A stretch of DNA of 53,937 nt from a virus. Lineage: Duplodnaviria > Caudoviricetes. Shown piece by piece: positions 9,602-18,932 of this stretch; within the stretch, counting starts at the first letter, position 1; every line of letters starts with the position of its first letter. The notes beneath the pieces were generated by a model that was not told the DNA's origin, did not search any database, and worked only from the letters and a program-made list of their open reading frames with translations. Location of the stretch: positions 1-53,937 of IMG/VR virus record IMGVR_UViG_3300032325_000820. One strand, given 5' to 3'. Position numbers and translations under genes: made by a program.

Positions 9602-11169
9602 TGATTATCCCCCTCCTTAAAATTAATTAAAATATTCCCTACATTATAAGGGTACTCAGAGGCGAAAGTAATAGTCATGAACCTTCCCGAAACTCTCAAA
9701 TCTATTTTACCGGGACTACCGGCAGCATTTAAATTAAAATTAACCGGCTCAATAGACGTTTTTGAAGTAGTCGCATATTTTCTATAACTTACTCCTATAA
9801 CTAGGGTATCATCTACACTTCTAGTATATCCTTCCGGAGCAGGAAAATCAGGTTCTATTTGATCAAGTACGATATATTTATCAATTACGCTACCGTTTTT
9901 AGCCGGGTTAAAGGCAACAAAACCAAAGTAAGGCGTTGTAAAAAATGAAGGGATATTATAGTGTAACCCGTCTCTTCTAACTTCATCGTATCCCGTTTCC
10001 TGTTTCCATATAGCTTTGTAGGCATTATCAGGATTATATAGGTAGTTTCTGCAAGTGTCGCCAAAACTGAATATATCCCCGCTTGCTTCATATACGGTAG
10101 CGCAGTCTCTTTGAACCGTAGTATCATACCAGCTATTTTCTCTAACATTATAAACAAGCTCTCTAGTACAACCGATATCGGCTCTATTTCTATAACGCTT
10201 TTCCGGATAAGCCCATCTGATCTCACCGTACCGGGCTACTTTATAACCATAAATCTTTTGTCTTTTTGTTAGATCAACATTTTCTAAGAAAAACTGAAAA
10301 TTAACGTCATTCTTTATACTATCGACTATCCCGTTGTAAACAAAAGCACGATCCGTTCCAAGCCAAAAGAATAAACTATCGTACTGCACTATACACCTTG
10401 AAGACATTACCGATGAATTGTTTGTTACTACTTCTCTCTGAAAATCAAAGAGAACCTGTGCGTCGTTACCTGCAACATTGGTTAAATATATTACCGAGTT
10501 TTCAGTCCAGAATAAAAAACTAGGTGCATTCGTACCGCCTCTAATACTTGCTCCAAAAATAAGTTTATTTTCAGATATGGCTTCCTTCCCTGCGTCATCC
10601 CCCTCAAAATTAAGTGGATCGCTTGTTCTGCTCCAAAGCAAAGTACCGTTATTACCGTATAAAAACAAACATGGATTAGAGTACAATATACCCCCAGAAG
10701 CAGGAACTTCCTGCGGAACTTCAAAAGGGTCATCTTCATCTAAATATTGCCAAGATAAAGTACCGTTAACATTACTTAACATGTTACTTCCATTAGAGGT
10801 AATAAGTAAGCCGTATGCAGCTCTACCGTCCTTGATAAACTTTACACCTTGCCATGTTCTGCTCAGGTTGTTATCAAGTCCCCCAAGAACTTGTGTATCG
10901 TCACTAATATTAGTTAAGCTATCATTAACAATACAGCGATGTACAGCATTAGTAGTAGCGTAAATTAGAATAGGATTTGTCCCGTTAAAATACATATCTA
11001 AAAACGTTATACCCTCTAGAGGTTCAGGAGCTACTAATTCTTGTTGTCCTTTCATCTTTCTTATTTTACCGCCGACAAATCTTATCCACTGACCGTCTAT
11101 GCAGTATTCATCTTGAAAATCTCCTCCGTCTCGTTGAATACCCGGTTTATAAACAAACGGTACACGCAT
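9598..11169 (-). CDS. Tail nozzle / packaged-DNA stabilisation protein (P22 gp10/T7 gp12-like)
   Basis: N-terminal KPGIQRDG...WIRF motif; beta-propeller-like W/Y pattern; 523 aa. Confidence 0.65.
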   Translation of the reverse strand: MRVPFVYKPGIQRDGGDFQDEYCIDGQWIRFVGGKIRKMKGQQELVAPEPLEGITFLDMYFNGTNPILIYATTNAVHRCIVNDSLTNISDDTQVLGGLDNNLSRTWQGVKFIKDGRAAYGLLITSNGSNMLSNVNGTLSWQYLDEDDPFEVPQEVPASGGILYSNPCLFLYGNNGTLLWSRTSDPLNFEGDDAGKEAISENKLIFGASIRGGTNAPSFLFWTENSVIYLTNVAGNDAQVLFDFQREVVTNNSSVMSSRCIVQYDSLFFWLGTDRAFVYNGIVDSIKNDVNFQFFLENVDLTKRQKIYGYKVARYGEIRWAYPEKRYRNRADIGCTRELVYNVRENSWYDTTVQRDCATVYEASGDIFSFGDTCRNYLYNPDNAYKAIWKQETGYDEVRRDGLHYNIPSFFTTPYFGFVAFNPAKNGSVIDKYIVLDQIEPDFPAPEGYTRSVDDTLVIGVSYRKYATTSKTSIEPVNFNLNAAGSPGKIDLRVSGRFMTITFASEYPYNVGNILINFKEGDNQ

Positions 11170-11837
11170 TAGTTATTTTCCCTTATTACTGTTCTATCGG
11201 CACTTCGATTTGTATTTATATTATTTATAGTTGTCAGCTCCTGATCAAACATGGATTGATACTTTGCTCTTTTTTCTTCGTTATCAAGAAACAAACAAGC
11301 TTCAATTAAGCATGAATATAATAGCAATTGCGGATATCGCTGGGTTAAGAAGTTAGTAGGGTTGTCTGCATTAAATAACGGAATACCGAGGTAAATTATG
11401 TCAAAATTATATTCTACATCCATAGTAGGCGCGATAAACCAGTAACCGTTACCGTAAGTGTTTGCTAAATTAGCATTAGCAACATTATTTATACTATCAC
11501 AATAATATTTAGGGCGTCCTCTACTTACACCGGAGTAATCAGGCCAATAAGTAATACAAAACTCACGGCTTCTCGGTAATAAATAACTACTAGTATTAGT
11601 AGGAGTATCAAACATTAAGATACTAACGGTTTCTCTCCAGTTACCGGGTTTTTGCAGAGTAGATTGACCGGCAGCAATGTTTCTAAATTGTTGTGTTATC
11701 TCAAAACCCAAATCCTTGGCGTTATTATATACTCTGATTGTACCTTGCTGGGTAAGATCCGGTATCTTAGTTACGTAAGGAGCATCGCTACGTAACATGT
11801 AAGTTTGCATATCCGAGGTTAAACTATTGTAATCCAT
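11169..11837 (-). CDS. Head-tail adaptor / tail tubular protein
   Basis: MDYNSL...Y; G.PKYY; APT; NFLT..YP.LLLY..L.EA..FL signature. Confidence 0.7.
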   Translation of the reverse strand: MDYNSLTSDMQTYMLRSDAPYVTKIPDLTQQGTIRVYNNAKDLGFEITQQFRNIAAGQSTLQKPGNWRETVSILMFDTPTNTSSYLLPRSREFCITYWPDYSGVSRGRPKYYCDSINNVANANLANTYGNGYWFIAPTMDVEYNFDIIYLGIPLFNADNPTNFLTQRYPQLLLYSCLIEACLFLDNEEKRAKYQSMFDQELTTINNINTNRSADRTVIRENN

Positions 11838-11843
11838 TATCGT

Positions 11844-12152
11844 TTAAATCTCTGTAATTCTAATTGGATAAATTGCTTCTACTATTTTCTTTTTTGTTAA
11901 ATACAGCGGAGTTTTATAACCTTTTACGTCTTCATAAGTATCATCGCCATTCGCCCATTTTACTTGAAAATCAAGTACGTATTTTACTCCTCCCGGTAAG
12001 TGCCATGGGGTTTGTCTTTGAAAGAATTTAACTTCTCCTGTTTGCTGGAGTATTTTAAGTTCATTATATCTTTTGAGTTCTTTTTTAGAGGCAAAGTTAA
12101 AACCGTCCTGCTGGCAACGTTTAGCTTTAAATTTATGTCTTAAAATCGTCAT
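11844..12152 (-). CDS. DUF1064 family PD-(D/E)xK endonuclease
   Basis: DG..F.SKKE..RY..L, Y..DF, EDVKG motifs; start MTILRHK at 12152 preferred over 12230. Confidence 0.75.
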   Translation of the reverse strand: MTILRHKFKAKRCQQDGFNFASKKELKRYNELKILQQTGEVKFFQRQTPWHLPGGVKYVLDFQVKWANGDDTYEDVKGYKTPLYLTKKKIVEAIYPIRITEI

Positions 12153-12309
12153 GATTTCTAATTTAGCTTCAAGTATTTTAATATACTTATTATAACCAAA
12201 AATTGCCGTAATCTCTAGTAGCAACGACATTTTTTATTTGGTAAGAATCATAAATATCCTGAATACAAAGTCCAAAAGGTTAAAAACTAATGGATTTGAT
12301 GGTGTTATT

Positions 12310-12476
12310 TATAAAAATACATAATTATATAAATAAGAATATTATTTTATTTTTAGATAAATTATTATATTTATAATAAACTATATAGTTATATAAATAA
12401 TAATGTTCTTTTATTTAAAAATAAAATAGTATATATATAACTAATTATATTTATAATGAACTATATAATTATATAT
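12310..12476. repeat. AT-rich direct repeats upstream of parA (candidate centromere/operator)
   Basis: attatatttataat(a/g)aactatata(g/a)ttatata at about 12364 and 12444 (80 bp apart), plus a degenerate copy at about 12310. Confidence 0.5.
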
Positions 12477-12478
12477 TA

Positions 12479-13093
12479 ATGATCAAATTAGCAATTATTT
12501 CTCAAAAAGGTGGAGCCGGCAAAACTACTCTTGCAATTAATTTAGCTGTAGAAGCTGAGAGAAATAATTATCAGTCTCTATTAATTGATCTAGACCCTCA
12601 AAGTTCTGCTACGGAGTGGTACGATAGCAGAGAGCAGAATACCCCCCTTGTGCTGTCCTTACATGCCTCAAGACTGAATAAAACTATTCAAGAAGCAGAA
12701 GAAAATAGCGCAGACTTCATTTTTATTGATACAGCTCCTCATTCTGAAAATGCTGCCTTAGAAGCAGCAAAAATAGCTGACCTTGTATTAATTCCATGTA
12801 GAGCCGGTATTCTTGATATTAAGGCTATTCAGTCAAGTTTAAATATTTGTCGTCTTGCAAATAGCGAGTCATTAGTAATATTAAATGCACTACCTACACA
12901 GCAAACAGTAGTAAATGAAGCCAAAATAGCTATAGAAACAATAGGTGGCAAGGTATGCCAGTATAATATCGGTCAAAGAATAGCTTTTAACTATGCCATG
13001 ACCGCTGGACTAGGAGTGGTGGAATTTGATTTTAAAAGTAAAGCCTCTCAGGAAATACAATCTATTTTTAAAATAATTAAGAGCAAACTATGA
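12479..13093 (+). CDS. parA: ParA family partition ATPase (short, type Ib)
   Basis: SQKGGAGKTT deviant Walker A; IDLDPQ; IDTAP. Confidence 0.92.
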   Translation: MIKLAIISQKGGAGKTTLAINLAVEAERNNYQSLLIDLDPQSSATEWYDSREQNTPLVLSLHASRLNKTIQEAEENSADFIFIDTAPHSENAALEAAKIADLVLIPCRAGILDIKAIQSSLNICRLANSESLVILNALPTQQTVVNEAKIAIETIGGKVCQYNIGQRIAFNYAMTAGLGVVEFDFKSKASQEIQSIFKIIKSKL

Positions 13094-13335
13094 TGAAAAA
13101 TAAGACCAGTTTAGTTGAGGCTATGTCTAAGAGTAAAAGCAAGCAGCATGTAAATATTGATTCTACTAAAACCCCTAAAACTGATATTTCAAAAAAGATT
13201 ATTACCAGTGTTTCTCCTGAGGCTCATTATCAACTTAAAAGATTATCGGTTGAACAACGTTCTCAAATACAGACCTTAGTAAAAGAGGCATTAAATGACT
13301 TATTTACCAAATATAAATTACCTCCTATAGTTTGA
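13090..13335 (+). CDS. Ribbon-helix-helix partition protein (ParG-like)
   Basis: 81 aa, overlaps parA; C-terminal LKRLS.E....Q.LV.EALNDLF.KY. Confidence 0.75.
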   Translation: MMKNKTSLVEAMSKSKSKQHVNIDSTKTPKTDISKKIITSVSPEAHYQLKRLSVEQRSQIQTLVKEALNDLFTKYKLPPIV

Positions 13336-13457
13336 GCTTTACTATCTACAAAAATCTTAATAATTAACTGAAATACAAAACTTCAAGTAACTTTTAACTG
13401 GGTTCAAGTGATACCAATTAAATAATATTGATTCTTCTGTAAATCTCATATCTTTTT

Positions 13458-15923
13458 TTATTTTATAGCTGTCGGTATTGACTGTGAAAGCTTAATTTGA
13501 ACTGGTGTATAAATGTCTACTGTATTAGAGGGAGTGGATATTGATACTATTAAAGAATATCTTGTTTTTTCATTATATTTTTTTAAGTTTTTTCTTTCTC
13601 TCCACCATCCTATACGCGGCGAGATAGCAATAAGATTGGAACTAGCTAATGCCGCTGCTGTTCCTTGCCAAATATCGGAATGAATAGATCCCTTCTTTCT
13701 ATTTCTAGAACCGATTAGCCAACAGTCAGAAGATGTACCGGTTTTTGCATTGATTTCGTTTTCTTCACGTGCACTCTTATTTATTCGTTTTACAAACGAA
13801 TTTTTATCTTCTTCAGGAAAGTTTAGGTCAAAGCAAAGTAAATGTGAAGCATAACGATATCTATCTTTCCACCCAATCTCACCTGGTCCAGGTTCAATAA
13901 AGTATGATAAGGTAACCCTCATCTCAACATCTGCCTCACCTAGTTCTTCTAAAATCTCCTTAGGCCAAGGTAATTCATAAAGGTGCATTTCTTTAGTTGA
14001 GTATGAAGTTCCCTTCTTCTCGAACGGTTGAATCAGAGATTCAACAATAAGAGTGAGGCTATTTGAGGCACAGTATAACGCCCGTGTTAAATCTGGTACT
14101 CCATAGCCACAAGCACGCAAAACTTGCTTTAATTCTGCTTTATTATCTTTTTCTGCAAATTGGTTTTTCAAAGCTTCTGTCCATCGAGCAGAATGGACAA
14201 CCAATCCTCTTACAGTTTCTGGCCAGTAATCAGGATACTGTATTTGTATTTGAGCAGCAAAATGAGCTGCTTGTGCTGCAGCTGCACTGGTCATATTGAA
14301 TTCACAAAAAGATTTTTCATGAGGTTTATAGTATATAGATAATAAGGACAGATCACTGCATTCAGTGACAAATTTACTATTATCAATAGCTAAATTACCA
14401 CCTTCAAATACTACATCTGGCTTGAAGGGCCACTTATCTTCCCATGCGGTAGATGTAGTGGAAAACGGCGAAAGTTCTCCTCTTTTTGCTAATACTTGAT
14501 ATTCCTTATATGTTTTATCCTGTATCTCTTCCAAATCTGTGTATGCTCCTACGGTTAGGGCATTCCATGATTGAGCAGGATCATGTACAGAATCAGTAAT
14601 ATTAGAATCTGGATATTTTCTCCAATTACTTGGGTCAGTATTTCCAGCAGCTATTACTATAAGTCTTCTTTCTCCATCTTCTGTTCCAGAGATTATTTGG
14701 TCAAGCGATGCTGACCATGATGATGGCCTTCCTCTATCTCTTGTCTCTATGGCAGAAGTAGCAATGCAAATAATACGTCTACGATCTATTGCCTGAATTT
14801 CTACTCTACTAATTGCCTGCTTAGTAATATCTCCCCATAGCTCAACAGCATTTTTCTCTCCTGAACTTCGAGGCAACATCTTTACCGACTCTAAGCAGTG
14901 ACCCACTATAATAGAATTAGAAGACTCTAATTTATCCTGTAAATTTCCATAAACAAGAAGTCCTGACATTAAAGTACCATGCCCGTTATGATCATCAGTA
15001 CCCCATTCAGGATTCACAGAGTGGCAATCGCTATCTTTGATTATAGGAGCAACCAAAGGATGGCCATTATTTACCCCAGTATCAAGCAAGCAGATGGAGA
15101 CCTTAGATTGAGTATTAACCACCAGTCTATTTAGTACACTATCTACCCATTCACTCTGCTCTACAGGCTTTTGTAAAAGAAAAAAATCTGCTGTAGCCTG
15201 CGATTTTCTATACTCTGCAATATCATCAGAGTTTTTTGATATATCAGCTAGATCACTCCATGAAGTATAAACTAACTTGACAACTCTCTCAGGAAACTTA
15301 ATCTCACCTTCTTTTTTCTCTAACTTTAAACTATCTAAGATTCTGTTAAAGCGAGCAACGATTTCTTCATCAGTACCCCGTAACCATACCTCACACCATT
15401 CTTTGTCATTACCAGGGATCAAACTCTTGTCATCCGTCCAAAAAGACTCAATTAATTGAGCTTTTCTAAGATCTTCAATTCCTTCTATTAGTTGTTTATT
15501 TTTGGGTTTACCATTTTTTGTCTCTTCAGTTAAGTATTTTTCTATTTTATCAAAATAGATGTGCTTCTGGTTATTAGGAATAAAAACCGTAATGAAATCA
15601 GTAGATTTTTGCTCTTCATTAACTTCTTTTCGGACGTTGCAAAGACGAATACCTTTTTTAATATCTTCTAGGCTTTTTATTGCTATGTCACAATCAAGAG
15701 CACTCTGAAATTCTATATATGCACCTGCTCTTTGAGAGTGTATTGTTGCTAACTCATTATCACTATCTTGCCAAGCCTGCTTGAGCTTCTCTGTTATATG
15801 CCTGCCATGAGTAAGTCTATTTCTCTCACTACTCCGAAAATTGGTGCTACCAGACTGTGGAGTAGTAAATTTAATTATCGCTGTGGGATTAGGTATCTTG
15901 ATGTGAGGAAGATTTCTTTCCAT
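13458..15923 (-). CDS. ietS: S8 family serine protease (IetS/Y4bN-like)
   Basis: Catalytic LLDTG, GHGT.M.G and MTS.AA; AAGN; YGVP; 821 aa; follows an AAA ATPase. Confidence 0.88.
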   Translation of the reverse strand: MERNLPHIKIPNPTAIIKFTTPQSGSTNFRSSERNRLTHGRHITEKLKQAWQDSDNELATIHSQRAGAYIEFQSALDCDIAIKSLEDIKKGIRLCNVRKEVNEEQKSTDFITVFIPNNQKHIYFDKIEKYLTEETKNGKPKNKQLIEGIEDLRKAQLIESFWTDDKSLIPGNDKEWCEVWLRGTDEEIVARFNRILDSLKLEKKEGEIKFPERVVKLVYTSWSDLADISKNSDDIAEYRKSQATADFFLLQKPVEQSEWVDSVLNRLVVNTQSKVSICLLDTGVNNGHPLVAPIIKDSDCHSVNPEWGTDDHNGHGTLMSGLLVYGNLQDKLESSNSIIVGHCLESVKMLPRSSGEKNAVELWGDITKQAISRVEIQAIDRRRIICIATSAIETRDRGRPSSWSASLDQIISGTEDGERRLIVIAAGNTDPSNWRKYPDSNITDSVHDPAQSWNALTVGAYTDLEEIQDKTYKEYQVLAKRGELSPFSTTSTAWEDKWPFKPDVVFEGGNLAIDNSKFVTECSDLSLLSIYYKPHEKSFCEFNMTSAAAAQAAHFAAQIQIQYPDYWPETVRGLVVHSARWTEALKNQFAEKDNKAELKQVLRACGYGVPDLTRALYCASNSLTLIVESLIQPFEKKGTSYSTKEMHLYELPWPKEILEELGEADVEMRVTLSYFIEPGPGEIGWKDRYRYASHLLCFDLNFPEEDKNSFVKRINKSAREENEINAKTGTSSDCWLIGSRNRKKGSIHSDIWQGTAAALASSNLIAISPRIGWWRERKNLKKYNEKTRYSLIVSISTPSNTVDIYTPVQIKLSQSIPTAIK

Positions 15924-15925
15924 TC

Positions 15926-16894
15926 TTAATTATTAACTCCTTGATGAGCAGCCTTACGATTAAAGATCATTTCACATAAATCAGTAGCAGTTATTTTTTT
16001 CTTGTTAGCTAAAATTGCTATTTTTATTGAATCATTACAAGCTAAAGCAAGTTCCGCATGGCTTAATCCCGAAGACTCTTCTAAAATAGTTTTCCAGTTA
16101 AAATTTTCAGATCTAAATCCGCCGAGCTTATTAGCTATAAGTTGCTTTCTTTCTTTATTTGTTGGATTCTCATAATATAAGACATCATCGAATCTTCTAA
16201 ATAATGCTTGATCCAACAATTTAGGATTATTCGTTGCAGCAACCACTAAGCTATCAGATGTATCTTGTTCAATAAATTGTAGGAATGAGTTCAAAACCCG
16301 CCGCATCTCCCCAACATCGTTATCCTTTGAACGTTCCCCACCGATCGCATCAAATTCATCAAAAAAATAAACTCCCTGACTTTCTTGCATAAGATCAAAT
16401 ATCTGCCTTAATTTTGCACTAGTTTCTCCCATAAATTTTGTGACAAGGCGGTCTACTTGCACAGTATTCAAAGGAATGTGTAATTCATGGGCTAAAACCT
16501 TAGCAGTCATAGTCTTTCCAGTGCCTGGAGGGCCAATAAGCAATATTTTTCTACGGTGCGACAGACCGTGGGATTTTAATTTTTCTTGCTGCCGATACTC
16601 ATGAATAATTTGATCAATCCTCTTTAGAAGAGCTTCGCTTATTACTAGTACTTGTTTAGAAGTTTCCGGTTGTTCAGCAATGACTAAACCCTTAAAATCT
16701 CTTGGAAAAGCTAGAATTCTGGGTCCAGATTTTCTTTTTTCCATGTCAATTAGACTACGAATATCATGTGCCAATGCACCATGACCTTGCTTCGCCTCGT
16801 GGGCAGCGACTTGTAAAGCAATAGTATAAAAGCGCTCAGCCTCGCCAGAAAAATGCGATCGTATAAGTGACTTGATTTGATCTGCTGTTGCCAT
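15926..16894 (-). CDS. ietA: AAA+ ATPase (IetA-like)
   Basis: GPPGTGKT, FFDEFD, AATN, LD.ALFRRFD; N-terminal MATADQIKSLIRSH. Confidence 0.88.
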   Translation of the reverse strand: MATADQIKSLIRSHFSGEAERFYTIALQVAAHEAKQGHGALAHDIRSLIDMEKRKSGPRILAFPRDFKGLVIAEQPETSKQVLVISEALLKRIDQIIHEYRQQEKLKSHGLSHRRKILLIGPPGTGKTMTAKVLAHELHIPLNTVQVDRLVTKFMGETSAKLRQIFDLMQESQGVYFFDEFDAIGGERSKDNDVGEMRRVLNSFLQFIEQDTSDSLVVAATNNPKLLDQALFRRFDDVLYYENPTNKERKQLIANKLGGFRSENFNWKTILEESSGLSHAELALACNDSIKIAILANKKKITATDLCEMIFNRKAAHQGVNN

Positions 16895-17081
16895 AATCTC
16901 CTAACTAAGTTTGCAAAATTATTATTATAACTCTCAAAAGCTCGGTTCTACCCTACTAAATAAGTTATACTTCATTTCAATTCTGGGCTAGTATAATTTA
17001 TATTGCTTACTATAATTAATTGTCAACTAGAGCTAAAACTATTTTGAATTGATTTACAGACTACCCTCTAATTTTTGTTTA

Positions 17082-17621
17082 TTAATTATCTTTACTCCAT
17101 TTTTTAGAAAATTCTTCTACGACATGCTCATCGGTAAAGTTCAGATATATAGAAGTGGTAGCTAGCCTATCATGACCTAGTATTTTCTGCACCGAAGCTA
17201 GAGAGATGTTTTTTTGCAAGGCTAACGTTGCAAATGTGTGCCTCAAAATATGAGGAGTTACTGTTTTTGATATTTGAGCTCTATTGGCAATTTCTTTGAC
17301 TACCTTTTGAACTTGTCTAGGACCAATTGGGAATTTATCGGTTATGGCAAAATAATGTTCCAGAAGAGATTGCACTCGGTTAGACATCGGTACAACCCTT
17401 TTCTTTGTCTGTTTTCCATATGGTCCGCCTTTGCCACTAATACGAATAGATTTTTGCTGCCAGAGGATATTTTGCGGGGTAAGGCTATAAAGTTCGGAAA
17501 CTCTTAAGCCCGTATCTAGTAGAATCCAAATAATAAGTTTTTCTTGAACGGAGTTACAAGCTTGATAAAGTTTATCGGCTTCTACTGGGGTAAGCGGTTC
17601 TCTTTTAAACTGGTAAGCCAT
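17082..17621 (-). CDS. Tyrosine recombinase, catalytic domain only (probable multimer resolvase)
   Basis: TGLRVSE, GKG, HILRH, LGH and catalytic Tyr (TSIY) present; only 179 aa. Confidence 0.88.
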   Translation of the reverse strand: MAYQFKREPLTPVEADKLYQACNSVQEKLIIWILLDTGLRVSELYSLTPQNILWQQKSIRISGKGGPYGKQTKKRVVPMSNRVQSLLEHYFAITDKFPIGPRQVQKVVKEIANRAQISKTVTPHILRHTFATLALQKNISLASVQKILGHDRLATTSIYLNFTDEHVVEEFSKKWSKDN

Positions 17622-17850
17622 ATTAGTTAATTTTTTCTAAATTTTGCTATTGTTGTTGCATTAATTCGCTTTATACTAAAATATACGCATTATATTCGTA
17701 AATTATGTATTCGGCATAATATTAGCAATTTAGCCTAAAGACAAGCAATTAATTGGCTTAATGGTAGGTTTATTAAATTTCTTATTGCTTATTAGAAATT
17801 TTAACTATTCGCAAAACCTGACGGATGACGAACTCGAACTCACAGAAACA

Positions 17851-17882
17851 AAGGCTCTATCCAATCAAATAAATAGAGCCTT
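17851..17882 (-). terminator. Rho-independent terminator
   Basis: aaggctctat/atagagcctt 10-bp stem followed by a T-rich run on the minus strand, downstream of ORF 17907-18848. Confidence 0.65.
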
Positions 17883-17906
17883 GACTCTAAATTATCACAA
17901 AGTGAT

Positions 17907-18848
17907 TTAATCTTCTTGAATATTATCTGATCCTATTAAAGTAGAGGATTGATCTTCTGATTCTATTATAGGATTGAGTGATATTCCAGATTCATCACTC
18001 AACTTAAAATTCACTCCTTTAGATTCTAGAAATGCCCGATATTCAGGTTCATTTATACGGTCGATATCTACTCCTTGTAATTTTAGAGCCAGTTTATATT
18101 CAAAAAGATCAAGATGTGTTAATTCTATCTCATTATTAAACTTACTCAAGTTTAGCTCTTTTGCTACTTCTGTGGAATTTAAGCATTTTTCATTCGACAT
18201 ATCTTCCGTTAAAAACTTTATTCCCTTAGATTCTAAAAATGATCGATATTCAGGTTCATTTATTATAAGTTCGGGATCTATTCCCTCTGATACTAGATAA
18301 TTTCGATATGCAGGATTATTGATATATATTAATTCTATCTCTTTTACTTCTGTTATAAACTCCCCTAAATTTTTGGCTTGTTCTTGCGTATGTTGTTCTT
18401 GCTTTAATTTTCGTACTTCTATTCTTTCCTTTGACACATCTTCCGTTATAAAATTTACTCCCTTAGATTCTAAAAATGACCGATACTCAGGCTCATTTAT
18501 ATGGTCGGTATCTACTCCGCTAACTCTTAGTATAGTTTGATATGCAGGATCATCAAGATACATTAATTCTATCTCACTTTCAAACCCACCTATGTCCAGC
18601 TCTTTGCCTACTTTTGTTATAAATTCTTTCTTAACCTGTAATTTTTCGGTCTGTTCTTGTTCGTGTTTTAATATCGAAGCTTTTAAATTTTCTGTCTCTT
18701 TTTCTTTTTCCATTATTAAAAGATCATACTTTTTTTCTATTTCTGCTTTTTCTATTTCAAATTCTTCTTCTACAGCTTTTATTTTTTCTTTAATTTTTAA
18801 AATTTCTAACTCTTTTTCTTCGATCTTTTTCTTCATAATAATATCCAT
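17907..18848 (-). CDS. Coiled-coil protein with three internal repeats (candidate secreted effector)
   Basis: 3x EL.Y/H...Y...L...G.D...INEPEYR.FLESKG..F; acidic C-terminal tail. Confidence 0.7.
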   Translation of the reverse strand: MDIIMKKKIEEKELEILKIKEKIKAVEEEFEIEKAEIEKKYDLLIMEKEKETENLKASILKHEQEQTEKLQVKKEFITKVGKELDIGGFESEIELMYLDDPAYQTILRVSGVDTDHINEPEYRSFLESKGVNFITEDVSKERIEVRKLKQEQHTQEQAKNLGEFITEVKEIELIYINNPAYRNYLVSEGIDPELIINEPEYRSFLESKGIKFLTEDMSNEKCLNSTEVAKELNLSKFNNEIELTHLDLFEYKLALKLQGVDIDRINEPEYRAFLESKGVNFKLSDESGISLNPIIESEDQSSTLIGSDNIQED

Positions 18849-18869
18849 TTCTCTTAAAATAATAATATT

Positions 18870-18894
18870 CCTCGTAGCAAAATAAGCTACGAGG
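18870..18894. terminator. Intergenic stem-loop
   Basis: cctcgtagc-aaaataa-gctacgagg perfect 9-bp stem between two co-oriented genes. Confidence 0.5.
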
Positions 18895-18932
18895 GGTATA
18901 AATTTATTAGCAATCTGATTTAAACTTTTTGC

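Noticed and set aside
12213-12324. Plus-strand stretch reading ...LKTNGFDGVIYKNT*, like a GYDG.IY.N ADP-ribosyltransferase-type remnant
   Set aside because: Too short and has no start; cannot be separated from chance.
17082-17621. Canonical prophage integrase with attP
   Set aside because: It lacks N-terminal arm- and core-binding domains, and no tRNA-like att core was seen nearby.
18010-18500. Three ~46-bp DNA repeats as a CRISPR array or DGR template/variable repeats
   Set aside because: Spacing of about 210-240 bp, in-frame protein repeats, and no cas or reverse transcriptase gene.
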